From: a virus
DNA length: 64,000 bases
Reading direction: 5' to 3' (one strand)
IMG/VR virus record: IMGVR_UViG_3300020183_000009
Both the position numbers and the translations under genes were made by a program. Of this stretch, positions 27,744 to 37,886 are shown piece by piece; position 1 is the stretch's first letter, and every line of letters begins with the position of its first letter. The notes beneath the pieces are model-generated. The model was not told the DNA's origin, made no database searches, and saw nothing but the letters and a program-made list of their open reading frames with translations.

Positions 27744-28268
27744 TTATACTCTCTTAGAATGTGACACTATCTGATAAAAATCTTTTTCCCCGTCACAATA
27801 TTCGATTACCAATTCAAGTAATTTTTTAAACATAAAGGCCCCTTCAGTTTGTTTTTCACATTTTATGAATAATTCTAAAAGTGAACATAAAAACTCGATT
27901 TTTAGTGGACCTACATTAGTTATTGTTTCATACTTTTCTACAAAGTATTCATAATATAAAAAATTATAAGACTTCATTTCATCTTTAGTTTTAAACGGTT
28001 CTATTAAGTCATATAATTCAAACCATTCAGAAACAAAATTTTTAACTTCATAAGGAGCGTATTCAGATTTAATAATTAAATCAACAATCCAATGAGTATG
28101 TGATGGGGTTCTTAATCTATTCTTACCATTTTTATATTTAACAATGAAATCTAAATCAGGATTACCCCCTCTACTACCTTGATATATTGCAATTATAGTT
28201 CCATCAGGTAGTAACCAATTATTTATTGGTTCATGTCGTACTCCTTTTTTAGAAAAACTTAAATTCAT
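27744..28268 (-). CDS. hypothetical protein
   Basis: Long ORF; HTHWIVD motif of unknown meaning. Confidence 0.75.
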   Translation of the reverse strand: MNLSFSKKGVRHEPINNWLLPDGTIIAIYQGSRGGNPDLDFIVKYKNGKNRLRTPSHTHWIVDLIIKSEYAPYEVKNFVSEWFELYDLIEPFKTKDEMKSYNFLYYEYFVEKYETITNVGPLKIEFLCSLLELFIKCEKQTEGAFMFKKLLELVIEYCDGEKDFYQIVSHSKRV

Positions 28269-28271
28269 TAT

Positions 28272-28559
28272 TTAAAGAATAAAATCCTTAATGATACCTA
28301 CACCTTCTTCTATATTTTCATAATTCACTTGTGGTGCATATAATTGCGGAACAGGTTCTTCATCTTCAGTATCTTCCACTAACATAAACGCAGGAACATA
28401 ATCACTACCAGTTATTTCAGCAAATAAATTAAATTCTTCTTCGTAGTCATCGATGTCTCTTTCGTGAAACTCCACATTACTTTCTTTTAATTGTGTTTTA
28501 AACACTTCACACCAAGGACAACCTTTCATGGTGTATACTACTACTAATTTATTATCCAT
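28272..28559 (-). CDS. glutaredoxin-like protein
   Basis: VVYTMKGCPWC, YVPAF cis-Pro motif. Confidence 0.85.
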   Translation of the reverse strand: MDNKLVVVYTMKGCPWCEVFKTQLKESNVEFHERDIDDYEEEFNLFAEITGSDYVPAFMLVEDTEDEEPVPQLYAPQVNYENIEEGVGIIKDFIL

Positions 28560-28860
28560 TTGTTAATGTATTAATCAAATCTTTTAATTGAGACTCTTGT
28601 AACAGTCCTGCTTTACTTGACACTTCATTACCTTCATTAAAGGTCTTGATTGTTGGGATTGCTCTAACTCCTAACTCAATAGCTAGTTCTCTATTCTCAT
28701 CAACATTTATTGTATACATCGGTACATCTGATGTTTCAGCAACTCTTTCAAATATAGGTTTCATCATTTTACATGGTCCGCACCAAGGTGCCCAAAAATC
28801 AACAATCATTTTTTCACCGTTATCGATTTTTTCTCTTAATTCTTTTTGTGTAATTTCCAT
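28552..28860 (-). CDS. trxA: thioredoxin
   Basis: VDFWAPWCGPCK, INVDE, VRAIPT. Confidence 0.93.
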   Translation of the reverse strand: MEITQKELREKIDNGEKMIVDFWAPWCGPCKMMKPIFERVAETSDVPMYTINVDENRELAIELGVRAIPTIKTFNEGNEVSSKAGLLQESQLKDLINTLTNG

Positions 28861-28863
28861 AAT

Positions 28864-29202
28864 TTATTTTGTTTTTAAGATATTATTAACAGTAAATTCT
28901 GTAACATTTAATCTATTTACTGTCGTGAATATAAATATCTTAGTATTGTTATGAACATATAACATAATCCCAGATTTATCATACATAAGTAACTGAGTAA
29001 TATCATCGTTTATTTTATCCCCACCAAATACTGGAACTGCCTTATGGATGTGTGTCCAAATTAATTCTGATTTACCAATTAATTTATCGATATTTTTAAT
29101 AATACCTTCATTTTTTAATGGGATGGGTATCTCAATGACACTTGGATATTCATCAAAGGTTTTAACAAAAATATCAATACAATGTGTGGGTATTTTTTCC
29201 AT
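28864..29202 (-). CDS. hypothetical protein
   Basis: Operon ORF. Confidence 0.7.
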   Translation of the reverse strand: MEKIPTHCIDIFVKTFDEYPSVIEIPIPLKNEGIIKNIDKLIGKSELIWTHIHKAVPVFGGDKINDDITQLLMYDKSGIMLYVHNNTKIFIFTTVNRLNVTEFTVNNILKTK

Positions 29203-29203
29203 A

Positions 29204-30892
29204 TTAAAAATTTAATTCTTCACCAAATAATTGTAAAGGCTCAATAGTATTACGGGCACTTACGTTTGTAATTCGTTCATCGTCCCACTTTAAATAAGGT
29301 CCGTATTGGAAGTTCATCATCCCGATTTCCTCAGTGAATCTACTACCTGAGTTAAATGTTTTATAACCAACCTTTAACTCTACTTTGGGTAAATCAAATA
29401 GTTTTTCATTAACCAATTTTTCAATTCGGATATCCAATAATAATATCGGTCTATTCCATGATTCGTCAAGTTGGTGGTTAAATCTTCCGAGTGTTTGAAC
29501 TCTCTTCAATCTAACCTTTTCATTTTCTAACTTAATCTGATATTCAATTGTTGCTCTTTCTTTAGAATCGTCAGACCCATTTCTAAGTGAGATAATAAAT
29601 GAACCTGCTCTATTAATATACCCTTTAACACAATTTGACTGAAGATGGGATTCCACATTATATTCCCTTGACGTTGTTAAAACTACAGGGTAATAAGTTT
29701 CATCCACAACTTCTTGAACTTTATCAACAAATTCTTCATTATAAAACCTGGTAAAGTCTCCATTATTGTAAAACCCTAAACGTTCTGATACGTTGAAGTG
29801 TTCGTCCATAAATGTCTGATAATCATTTGATTCCCACCGAACACTTTCAAATCTTCTTAGATTACGAATCATACTTAAATGGTCATAAAATGTATGACTG
29901 TCAATCTCACCCTTTAACATTAATTTAAAGACTTCAAATGAGTTGTATTTTTCTTTTTTACTTTGGAATAAATCTTCCTTCCACCCACTATGGTGATAAT
30001 TACTTTCTAGAATACTAATAAGAATCTTTTCAGGTTGAGACATTATAAAGTCCTTACCAAATAAGTCGAAGGTACTATTTAAAAACCCTGGCCCATTAAA
30101 TTTTTCAACCCTGTGTAATACTTTTTTTATTTTATCTCCTTTGAGCCCATATAAACCCATGAAGGTATCTATAAACTTCATTTTATATTTAACAAAATCT
30201 TTCTTCTTCGGGTGAGGATGTGACAACATGAATACGCCCCAATTATTAGGTGTTTTAATGTCATTCTTATCCAAATACATTTTATATAAAATATATTCGT
30301 GTGACATATTAGAATAGTTCTCAAATTCCAGTGAAGAATTAAAGAAGGTACTGAAAATTTTTTGAACGGTTTCTCCCTTATTAATCAACAGTTCGGGATT
30401 TCTATTAAGAATGTTAGATAATTCAGAGTTAATTAATGACTTCATTCTATTAACAGGGTCAGTGTTAAATGAATTTCTACTTACTTTCTTTCTAAATTTA
30501 CGTTTTAAATGGTAATTGGTTATACCTCCATAATATAAAGAATTTGTTTTAAAATTATAGGTTAAGTACGTCACGTCAGTTTGTACCTTAAAATACTTTT
30601 TACCAACGTTTCTATTTCTATGATATCTAAATAATTTTATACACGTCTTATCATCTGTTTTAGTAACAATTACACTGACTCTAGTGTGGTAAACACTACA
30701 TAAAGGATTGGCGTAATTTTTAAGATATGACTCTTCATTACTATGTTCCGTCTTGAATTGGAAGTAGTTCTTGTAGGTACTTTTATCTATTTTAATACCT
30801 AAAATCTCATCGGTATCGTCCTCAAGTTTACAGTACGAATCATGTTCAGTTACAATATATCTGTCGTGTCTAAATTTAAATAATTCCTCCAT
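29204..30892 (-). CDS. PcfJ-like domain protein
   Basis: C-terminal ES..QSNCV.GY...IISLR...ATIE...Q..GRFN. Confidence 0.7.
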   Translation of the reverse strand: MEELFKFRHDRYIVTEHDSYCKLEDDTDEILGIKIDKSTYKNYFQFKTEHSNEESYLKNYANPLCSVYHTRVSVIVTKTDDKTCIKLFRYHRNRNVGKKYFKVQTDVTYLTYNFKTNSLYYGGITNYHLKRKFRKKVSRNSFNTDPVNRMKSLINSELSNILNRNPELLINKGETVQKIFSTFFNSSLEFENYSNMSHEYILYKMYLDKNDIKTPNNWGVFMLSHPHPKKKDFVKYKMKFIDTFMGLYGLKGDKIKKVLHRVEKFNGPGFLNSTFDLFGKDFIMSQPEKILISILESNYHHSGWKEDLFQSKKEKYNSFEVFKLMLKGEIDSHTFYDHLSMIRNLRRFESVRWESNDYQTFMDEHFNVSERLGFYNNGDFTRFYNEEFVDKVQEVVDETYYPVVLTTSREYNVESHLQSNCVKGYINRAGSFIISLRNGSDDSKERATIEYQIKLENEKVRLKRVQTLGRFNHQLDESWNRPILLLDIRIEKLVNEKLFDLPKVELKVGYKTFNSGSRFTEEIGMMNFQYGPYLKWDDERITNVSARNTIEPLQLFGEELNF

Positions 30893-30901
30893 AAATAATG
30901 T

Positions 30902-30934
30902 GAAATAGGGGGAAAATGATTCCCCCGTTATTTT
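30902..30934 (-). terminator. intrinsic terminator
   Basis: GGGGGA/TCCCCC stem between tandem genes. Confidence 0.6.
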
Positions 30935-31688
30935 AATATGAGTAAGTATCTGCGAGTTCCCAAAGTTTAGTATTAACTTGACTAACCGCCATAATACTTT
31001 TTAAACCTCTAAGTTCAGTTTTTCTACCTTTGTCAGTAGTATATTTCAAACCTCCTTTTACGAAGTTCTCTTGAATTACGTTGAACGTTGTCCAAACGTC
31101 TTTACCCATGTCTTCTTCACGTCTTGGGTGAACGATTGACATAACGTCAAGAGTTGTTGGTACGTGACCTGATTTCCATCTAAGATTTATTGCTTGTTTA
31201 ATAAAATCAATTCTTTCTTTATCAGATAATTCTTTACCCATCATTCGACCAACTGAATCCTGTATGATAGGTAATTTACCCGCGAAAGATTCTGTTAATC
31301 GTTTAACATCGTCCAAATCAAATCTTTGGTGTTTAACGTTAAATGATTCTGCTAAAGATGTTGGTACTGTCAATCCATTACTACATACCAATCTGTGTAG
31401 TCCAGCACTAACTGAAAGTGTTGCATAACCATTATGAGAGTTTCTGATGATTGCTTCAACTAATGAGTCACCAACTTTAGGTAGTTCACCATTTCTAAGT
31501 CTAAGTTCATGGACTGAGTGAATTCCTTTTCCTGTTTGTTTTGCGGAAGATACATTCCACCCTTCTCTTTGAAAATTATCAAGAATATCCAAAGTTGGTA
31601 CGAAAACGTACTTATTGGACATCTTGTTAGAAGGTGAGGTTGCGAATACTGAAGGGGTGTTTTGTTTAATCTGTTCTAATGTCATCAT
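30933..31688 (-). CDS. DUF932/DUF945 family protein
   Basis: S.KY.FVPT, NSHNG, AGL.RLVCSNGL, RR.ED...VW..FNVIQEN, N.KLW. Confidence 0.85.
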   Translation of the reverse strand: MMTLEQIKQNTPSVFATSPSNKMSNKYVFVPTLDILDNFQREGWNVSSAKQTGKGIHSVHELRLRNGELPKVGDSLVEAIIRNSHNGYATLSVSAGLHRLVCSNGLTVPTSLAESFNVKHQRFDLDDVKRLTESFAGKLPIIQDSVGRMMGKELSDKERIDFIKQAINLRWKSGHVPTTLDVMSIVHPRREEDMGKDVWTTFNVIQENFVKGGLKYTTDKGRKTELRGLKSIMAVSQVNTKLWELADTYSY

Positions 31689-31741
31689 AGTTATATCTTA
31701 TTTGTGTCTACAAAGATATAACAAAAAATCATTAAAACAAA

Positions 31742-32029
31742 TTAATTTAGAGAAAATGTTCCGTATTTTGTTTTTTGGAAGACCCCGATAACTTTAGATT
31801 CAATCTTTTCAAAAGATTCTTTATTTAATTCGACAACAATATCAATTATTTGTTTTTGAGTTAGAGAAACCTCATCACCGTTCTCAATGTTTTTATAACA
31901 AGTTTCTTCAACCTTTTTATAAAAATCCTCCTTTAATGAGTCACCAATTAAATCAATTAAGTCATTAGGATTTTTATCAAAAAAATTTACAAATTGATTA
32001 AGATATAATTCAACTTCAATATTTTTCAT
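31742..32029 (-). CDS. hypothetical protein
   Basis: TATCTTTG promoter upstream. Confidence 0.7.
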   Translation of the reverse strand: MKNIEVELYLNQFVNFFDKNPNDLIDLIGDSLKEDFYKKVEETCYKNIENGDEVSLTQKQIIDIVVELNKESFEKIESKVIGVFQKTKYGTFSLN

Positions 32030-32058
32030 AATTTAACTTTATTACAAAGATAATAAAA

Positions 32059-33444
32059 TTAACCTACATAATAAAACCCGTTACCTTCATCACTTAACTT
32101 TTCTTGTAGTCTTTCAGGTATTTTTACGTTAGGATTACTTTCCTTTAAGTTAATGAATGCCAAACCTTCAATATCTGCAATTGACTCAGGTAAACTCACT
32201 AAATGTTTGTTACCAGGTATTGCTAAGAAATTAAGATTTTTCATTTTACCAATACTTTCAGGTAAACTCTTAATTAAGTTTTGGAAAAGTAATGCCGTAC
32301 ATTGTGTAAATCTACCAAGTGATTCAGGTACGTCTAAAGCAATGTCTTCTTTAGATTTATTATTGATTAATAAGTGTTCAATATTGTCAGGTAAACTTTC
32401 AAATAACTCATCAAATCCATATAATGCTACGAATTTACCAGCAGAACTTTCAGGATAGTTGATTTCAACTTTATTAGTTCCCTTAGTTACTAAACCTTTT
32501 GCAAACTCAGGTTTAAAGAATTCTTTAAGTTCTGACATCGGTCCATTCAGATACTCAACCAAATTAATCCCTCTATCATGTCTATCCATAAATTGGCTAG
32601 ATGGGAAATGGAATTGATATCTTTCCAACGGTAAACCTGTTTTTTTACCAACTTGACCTTTATCATCATTTGGGAAAACTACATATAATGGTCCATCTTT
32701 AATATATCCATTGAAATATGTTAAACCTGGTGATGACGTACACCATCTTGATTCTCCTTGGTCATACTCATGGAAACCTCCATACCAAATAGCCGCGTCT
32801 CTACCAACTTGGCCTCGGTCTTCAACTTTAATTAAAGTCCAATTAGGTCCTTCAAATAAAATCTCTCCACCAGCATGATTAAATCCTTCTCTTGATTTTT
32901 TTGCTTCTTTTTTCTCTAATTCAGCTCTTTTCTTTTCAGGTATTTGGAAATCTTTAATGGTGTCAAACAAAGTTCTTGGTGTGAACTTGTTAATATCTCT
33001 TTGGTCTTGAGGTAGGTATTGTTTTGCTCTTTCAAACTTTTTTAAATCGTCAGTCGTCTTATATAAATCTTCCATATATAATCTTCGATATTCAGCAATA
33101 GCGTTTTTAAACTCACGACTTGCAAAATCTAATGGTAAATTTTCAGGAAGGTCTAATTCATTTTGTTTAGGACTGGCGAAATTTTTGAGTAACCATTGTA
33201 CATATTTACCAACTTTAACGGATTCCATATCATTAACTGATGCTCCTTCAATATTAAAATTTTCAGGTGCTTTAGTTGTTGGGTCCGCAAATATAATATT
33301 TTTTAAAGTGTCAAAATCCATAATACCTTGAGCCTTCTTATTCTTTTCCAATGCTTTAGGATTTGGCTTGGTATATTTGTCGTAAACTACTTGGAACCTA
33401 GTTTGTTCAACAATAAGTTTAGATAAAAGTGAAGTAATTTTCAT
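32059..33444 (-). CDS. IVE-leader protein with C-terminal leucine-rich repeats
   Basis: MKITSLLSKLIVEQ; SRWCTS; VPESLG / LPESIG / LPESIA repeats; TATTTAT at 33460-33466. Confidence 0.75.
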   Translation of the reverse strand: MKITSLLSKLIVEQTRFQVVYDKYTKPNPKALEKNKKAQGIMDFDTLKNIIFADPTTKAPENFNIEGASVNDMESVKVGKYVQWLLKNFASPKQNELDLPENLPLDFASREFKNAIAEYRRLYMEDLYKTTDDLKKFERAKQYLPQDQRDINKFTPRTLFDTIKDFQIPEKKRAELEKKEAKKSREGFNHAGGEILFEGPNWTLIKVEDRGQVGRDAAIWYGGFHEYDQGESRWCTSSPGLTYFNGYIKDGPLYVVFPNDDKGQVGKKTGLPLERYQFHFPSSQFMDRHDRGINLVEYLNGPMSELKEFFKPEFAKGLVTKGTNKVEINYPESSAGKFVALYGFDELFESLPDNIEHLLINNKSKEDIALDVPESLGRFTQCTALLFQNLIKSLPESIGKMKNLNFLAIPGNKHLVSLPESIADIEGLAFINLKESNPNVKIPERLQEKLSDEGNGFYYVG

Positions 33445-33474
33445 TTCTAGGTTTTTATAATAAATATTCAGTCT

Positions 33475-34317
33475 TTATAAATAATTCATAATTAATATTT
33501 CCTCTCCCATATTTTGTTTTTCACCTTTCTTTGCAGCCGCGGCTTTTGCAAATTGTTTTGTTTCCCATATGTATTCATTTTTAGGGAACCATTCGGATAA
33601 TAAAGGGAAATCATAATAAGATAATGAGAATTTACCTTTAATCTCTTTTAAAGTATTTGCTATTCTTTCATGGTCGTCTCTATCAAAATCATGATTAGAA
33701 TAATAATTCTCAGTTTTCCAATAAGGAGGGTCTAAATAAACATAAGTCGATTCAGAATCATACTTTTTAATCACATCCACAAAATCCATATTCTCAACAT
33801 CCGTTATTTTTAAGAAGTGGTCAATCCAATCAGGTTTAGATAATTTATCTCTAAATGTTAAATATTTTGATTTATACTTACCCTTAAGGTCTATATATGA
33901 TGATGTTTCAGGTTTAGACCCACTAAAAACTTGTGTTAGAATATAAACATATTTTGCAGCGGTTTCATAATCACCAGGTTCTACGCTGAAACCTTCATTA
34001 AAAACTTCAGTCTGAAACCTGATGAATTGTTCTTTTAGATGTAATGGTGTAATATCAATACCTTGTTGTTGACACTCAATTGAGTTAATTGCTCTTAACA
34101 ATTCCTGTGGGTTTTGAACACACTTGAATAGGTTGTAATTTAGAGGGTTAAAGTCATTATAGACAACTTTATTTAGATTCGGGTATCCCTTCAAATCCAT
34201 ATTGAAAAAACACCAAAACATCCCTCCAAAAGTCTCAAGGTATGTCTCCATATTTTTATCATAGAAAGGGACTATCCACTTTCCTATTTTACTTTTTCCA
34301 CCAATATAAGATAACAT
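33475..34317 (-). CDS. DNA adenine methyltransferase (D12/Dam-like)
   Basis: YIGGKS, Y.E.FGG, VYND.N, YLDPPY, LSY, E.LI.NY. Confidence 0.9.
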   Translation of the reverse strand: MLSYIGGKSKIGKWIVPFYDKNMETYLETFGGMFWCFFNMDLKGYPNLNKVVYNDFNPLNYNLFKCVQNPQELLRAINSIECQQQGIDITPLHLKEQFIRFQTEVFNEGFSVEPGDYETAAKYVYILTQVFSGSKPETSSYIDLKGKYKSKYLTFRDKLSKPDWIDHFLKITDVENMDFVDVIKKYDSESTYVYLDPPYWKTENYYSNHDFDRDDHERIANTLKEIKGKFSLSYYDFPLLSEWFPKNEYIWETKQFAKAAAAKKGEKQNMGEEILIMNYL

Positions 34318-34410
34318 AATTCAAGTATAAGATTTTTTTTATTTAAAAGGAAGTGTCACCAAGTAATTTATTTTACATTATATTTAATAGTGAGTATATT
34401 TAAAAAAAAC

Positions 34411-34563
34411 ATGTCTATGGAAAACGAAGTCGGTTGTAAAAAATGTAAGAAAAAAGGTTTGAGTGGAACTCATTGGATAATGGTAGTTTTATCATTTTAT
34501 ATCCTATTCACATCAATTTACGGTACCATTCAATTATTTAAATTATTATTTGCTAATATTTAA
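34411..34563 (+). CDS. small membrane protein with CxxC (50 aa; not in track)
   Basis: Manual translation [16 protein letters not shown] followed by hydrophobic helix. Confidence 0.55.
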   Translation: MSMENEVGCKKCKKKGLSGTHWIMVVLSFYILFTSIYGTIQLFKLLFANI

Positions 34564-35481
34564 TTCTCTTTTATATTTAACAAATAATTTAATGAAAAGG
34601 TCACCATTACCATTTTGACCTCTAAATCCTTTGGATTTAACTCTCAAGGGTTTAGACGTGTCGAAATCTTCGGGTAACTTAATAAACAAATCACCTGAAG
34701 GGTGAGGTAAATTAAACCCAATTTCATTTAAATCATTTAAAGTTAAGAACGCATTATAAATTAAATCGTTTCCAACTTTTTCGAAATTTTCTTCAGGAAT
34801 AACTTTAACTCGTATAACTAAATTACCATACATTCCATGGTGATAATCTCCCTTACCTTGCATTTTAAAAAATTGTCCATCATCAACACCATGTGGTAAT
34901 TTTATTTTCAAACTTTCAAAATCTGATTTAGTCCCTTCTCCATGACAAGTTCCACATTTGGTTTTAAACACTTCTCCCATACCTCTACATGTGTTGCAAG
35001 GTTGTCTAAATTGTTGTGTAAATAAACCTGTACCCATCGTAACAACCGTAAACCCAATACCATTACAAGTACCACAAGTAATCTTATCACCACCAGACCC
35101 ATTACAACTATCACAAGCGTGTTTCCTTTGGTAGTTAATTACTTTATCTGATGAATTAAATGATTCTAAAGTCCCTATTTCAATATCGATAATTTTATCA
35201 GGAACGGTTCTTTTTCTATTAGTGTAAAACGTACCGAATAAATCATCAAAAGATGAACCTCCCATCCCACCAAAAGGATTACGTCTACTGTTATCATACT
35301 GAGTCCTTTTATTTTGGTCTCCCAAAGTATCATAAGCTTCAGATATTTTTTTAAAAGTTTCTTCCGACCCTCCTTTATCTGGATGATGTTCAACCGCTAA
35401 TTTACGATATGCCTTTTTTATTTCATCTTGTGTCGCATTTTCATTAACTCCAAGTGTCTGATAGAAATTATCCTGATTCAT
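34546..35481 (-). CDS. dnaJ: DnaJ chaperone
   Basis: J domain with HPD, four CxxCxGxG repeats, C-terminal domain. Confidence 0.95.
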   Translation of the reverse strand: MNQDNFYQTLGVNENATQDEIKKAYRKLAVEHHPDKGGSEETFKKISEAYDTLGDQNKRTQYDNSRRNPFGGMGGSSFDDLFGTFYTNRKRTVPDKIIDIEIGTLESFNSSDKVINYQRKHACDSCNGSGGDKITCGTCNGIGFTVVTMGTGLFTQQFRQPCNTCRGMGEVFKTKCGTCHGEGTKSDFESLKIKLPHGVDDGQFFKMQGKGDYHHGMYGNLVIRVKVIPEENFEKVGNDLIYNAFLTLNDLNEIGFNLPHPSGDLFIKLPEDFDTSKPLRVKSKGFRGQNGNGDLFIKLFVKYKRELNISK

Positions 35482-35524
35482 TTACAATATTTATTTATAA
35501 TCAAATTATATTATGTTATATGTG

Positions 35525-36178
35525 ATGGAACACACACAAAACTATATCATAGTTCTTTTTAAAAATAAAGTAAAAAAGAAAATAATCAATAAATTCAAAA
35601 CATATAAAAAAGCGAACGAGTTTTATAATGATTTATTGAAAAGGAGTGATGATGTGTTATTTCCTATAGGGTATGAAAACGGTTATATATCATCTTATGA
35701 AATAGCTCTTTTAGAACGTAAAAAAGGTCCTTCGGAACATTTATTTACTAAGGATGAATTTGGCCGACAGATTAAAGTAGATTTAGATGATTCTGATTTT
35801 AAAATATCAAAAGTGTCTCCGTATTTAATAGAGGAGAATTTTGTGGATTACTCAACAGGTAAGAAAATAAATACTGATACTTTTATTAAAACCTATCTAA
35901 AAAAAGATGGTTATAAATTAATTTCCAAGTTGAATAATAAAATTGTGTTGCAAATTGATGATGATTTTAAATTATTCACGTTTAAGAGTTTGGACGATTC
36001 TGATAGGTTTATTGATACGCTAACAGAAAAATTTAAAAATGAGAGGAGGATTGATTGTTTATTAGTTAAAGATTATTCAACTAATCAAAGGAAATATATA
36101 TACGATATTTTAGTTAGGAAAGGTTTTTCTAAGAATTATCTTCAGAGACATTCAACAACTCATCCCTTAAAAAAATAA
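35525..36178 (+). CDS. hypothetical protein
   Basis: Long ORF. Confidence 0.75.
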   Translation: MEHTQNYIIVLFKNKVKKKIINKFKTYKKANEFYNDLLKRSDDVLFPIGYENGYISSYEIALLERKKGPSEHLFTKDEFGRQIKVDLDDSDFKISKVSPYLIEENFVDYSTGKKINTDTFIKTYLKKDGYKLISKLNNKIVLQIDDDFKLFTFKSLDDSDRFIDTLTEKFKNERRIDCLLVKDYSTNQRKYIYDILVRKGFSKNYLQRHSTTHPLKK

Positions 36179-36380
36179 ATTCAATCCCTGATATCTCAAC
36201 TTTAAATTGAGTATTATTTTTATCGAAGTTACTAACTTGAGCCTTTGTAAATTCAAAGTCTTCTTTATTTAATGAAAAAACTACAACAGATTTTCCATTA
36301 GGGTATATTTCTGATAACGATGTTGAGAGTATCGCAAACTTGGTTAGTAACCCATTAACATCATCCTTAGCCGTCTCCAT
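36129..36380 (-). CDS. hypothetical protein
   Basis: Operon ORF. Confidence 0.65.
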   Translation of the reverse strand: METAKDDVNGLLTKFAILSTSLSEIYPNGKSVVVFSLNKEDFEFTKAQVSNFDKNNTQFKVEISGIEFIFLRDELLNVSEDNS

Positions 36381-36535
36381 AAACTTAATTTTTCAGGTTT
36401 TTTAGGAAGCAATTCTTCCTTATTCATTTTTTTTATTTTTTTAATAAAATCGTTTTTTTCTTTCTCCAATTCGATTTTATCCTTGGCCATCTCTCTCATT
36501 AACCAATCCAGTTGTTGTTCTGACTTCTTCTTCAT
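36344..36535 (-). CDS. hypothetical protein
   Basis: Overlapping operon ORF. Confidence 0.6.
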   Translation of the reverse strand: MKKKSEQQLDWLMREMAKDKIELEKEKNDFIKKIKKMNKEELLPKKPEKLSLWRRLRMMLMGY

Positions 36536-36923
36536 CGTCTTCTAATTGAATTTTAGTGGTTTTAATGTCAAATTTTAATTGTTTAAGATAATTCAAATTA
36601 GTCTTTTCAAAGAGACCTTTTAATTCTTCCACCTTAGTTTGGAATAATTTTTCTTTTTCTTCTCTGTCCAAATTATGTTTTATAATGCTTTGGATATTTT
36701 GACTCAATGTCTCAATGTCTTTTTCTTCTATCTGAGAAACAAATGAAAATAGTCTTTCATTTGGTATTTGCGATTGTTGTTCAACCACTTTACTCTCATC
36801 TACGAATCGTTTAGGTAATTTCCATGTGTTAGGAAAACTTACATCGAAAGTTAGATAATTTTTTATCTTTCTAACTGATTGTAGATATGGGAATAAAGTA
36901 GAAAATTCTTTATATAGACTCAT
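36477..36923 (-). CDS. hypothetical protein
   Basis: Operon ORF. Confidence 0.75.
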   Translation of the reverse strand: MSLYKEFSTLFPYLQSVRKIKNYLTFDVSFPNTWKLPKRFVDESKVVEQQSQIPNERLFSFVSQIEEKDIETLSQNIQSIIKHNLDREEKEKLFQTKVEELKGLFEKTNLNYLKQLKFDIKTTKIQLEDDEEEVRTTTGLVNERDGQG

Positions 36924-36925
36924 AG

Positions 36926-37114
36926 TTATGCGGATATTATATATGTTAAACAGTATGAAACTGTAATTCCCAAAAATATAAGCTCCCTATCACCAAACTC
37001 CAAGGGTTTAGGTGGATTTTGTGATAGGGCTCTTACAAACCTAAAAACCGTTCTAACAACGGTTAAAACTGAAAATATAAAAAGGAATAAAAATATTGTA
37101 TTTAAATTATTCAT
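36926..37114 (-). CDS. small two-TM membrane protein
   Basis: Two hydrophobic helices; start MNNLN. Confidence 0.65.
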   Translation of the reverse strand: MNNLNTIFLFLFIFSVLTVVRTVFRFVRALSQNPPKPLEFGDRELIFLGITVSYCLTYIISA

Positions 37115-37289
37115 TATCAGTTTTTTTTCTTCCATCTAAGATTTCACTTCTCAACTTTTGTAACAAACCTTTAAGTTCTTGAGCAACTTTTCTAGCTCTT
37201 GTACCAGCACTCTTATTACCTTTTGAAAATTTTGTTACGTCTACCGATAGTTCTTCATTCAATGATTTGATTTTTTCTAAAGTTTCCAT
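37107..37289 (-). CDS. histone H1-like (Hc1-type) nucleoid protein
   Basis: KF.KGNKSAGTRARK..QELK...LR motif typical of Bacteroidota Hc1-like proteins. Confidence 0.8.
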   Translation of the reverse strand: METLEKIKSLNEELSVDVTKFSKGNKSAGTRARKVAQELKGLLQKLRSEILDGRKKTDNE

Positions 37290-37369
37290 TTTTTTAAAAA
37301 ATTGTTTATATTTTATTACTATAAAAGTTAATTTTTTTTGTTCTAATGTAAATACTAGAACCGTTTTTT

Positions 37370-37837
37370 TTATATTGTCATGTTTTTATCCAACATTTTA
37401 TAAATTGTTGAGACCATATCTAAATCTGATTTTGTAAATGGTTTTTTCATGTCAAATAAATCATTAAAAAAACCTTCAATAGATTTTCTAATCTTTTCTT
37501 CTTTTTGATTGTAAAATATTTCATCAAAAAACGATTTGAAATAATCAAAGTGTTCTCCTCGTTTCTCAAACGAAATACCTTCTTTTTTAAAATTATCGAT
37601 TTGTTTGTCCCAACACCATTCAAAATGTTTTATGTTGTCTTCCTGAGTTAATGTAATCTTAGTTTCATTTGACTGAGGTTGTTCACCCAAATAAGTGTTA
37701 ATGATTAAAAGATTTAAAGAATGGCTAAAATCTGAATATAACTCCAATTTTTCAGGAATTATATTATTACCCTTGAACCATATGTCAACGTCTTCAGGGG
37801 GTAATGGCTTTGTTACGTAATTAAAAAAATTCTCCAT
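37370..37837 (-). CDS. hypothetical protein
   Basis: Long ORF. Confidence 0.75.
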   Translation of the reverse strand: MENFFNYVTKPLPPEDVDIWFKGNNIIPEKLELYSDFSHSLNLLIINTYLGEQPQSNETKITLTQEDNIKHFEWCWDKQIDNFKKEGISFEKRGEHFDYFKSFFDEIFYNQKEEKIRKSIEGFFNDLFDMKKPFTKSDLDMVSTIYKMLDKNMTI

Positions 37838-37858
37838 AAGATTGTTTCTTATGGAGAA
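37830..37858 (-). promoter_or_regulatory. perfect 12-bp hairpin containing the start codon of 37370..37837
   Basis: TTCTCCATAAGA-N5-TCTTATGGAGAA followed by T run on minus strand. Confidence 0.6.
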
Positions 37859-37886
37859 AATATAATAACTAATATGTAATTGTGAA

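Noticed and set aside
27744-28268. Restriction endonuclease partner of the methyltransferases
   Set aside because: Not adjacent to either MTase and no clear catalytic motif could be recognised.
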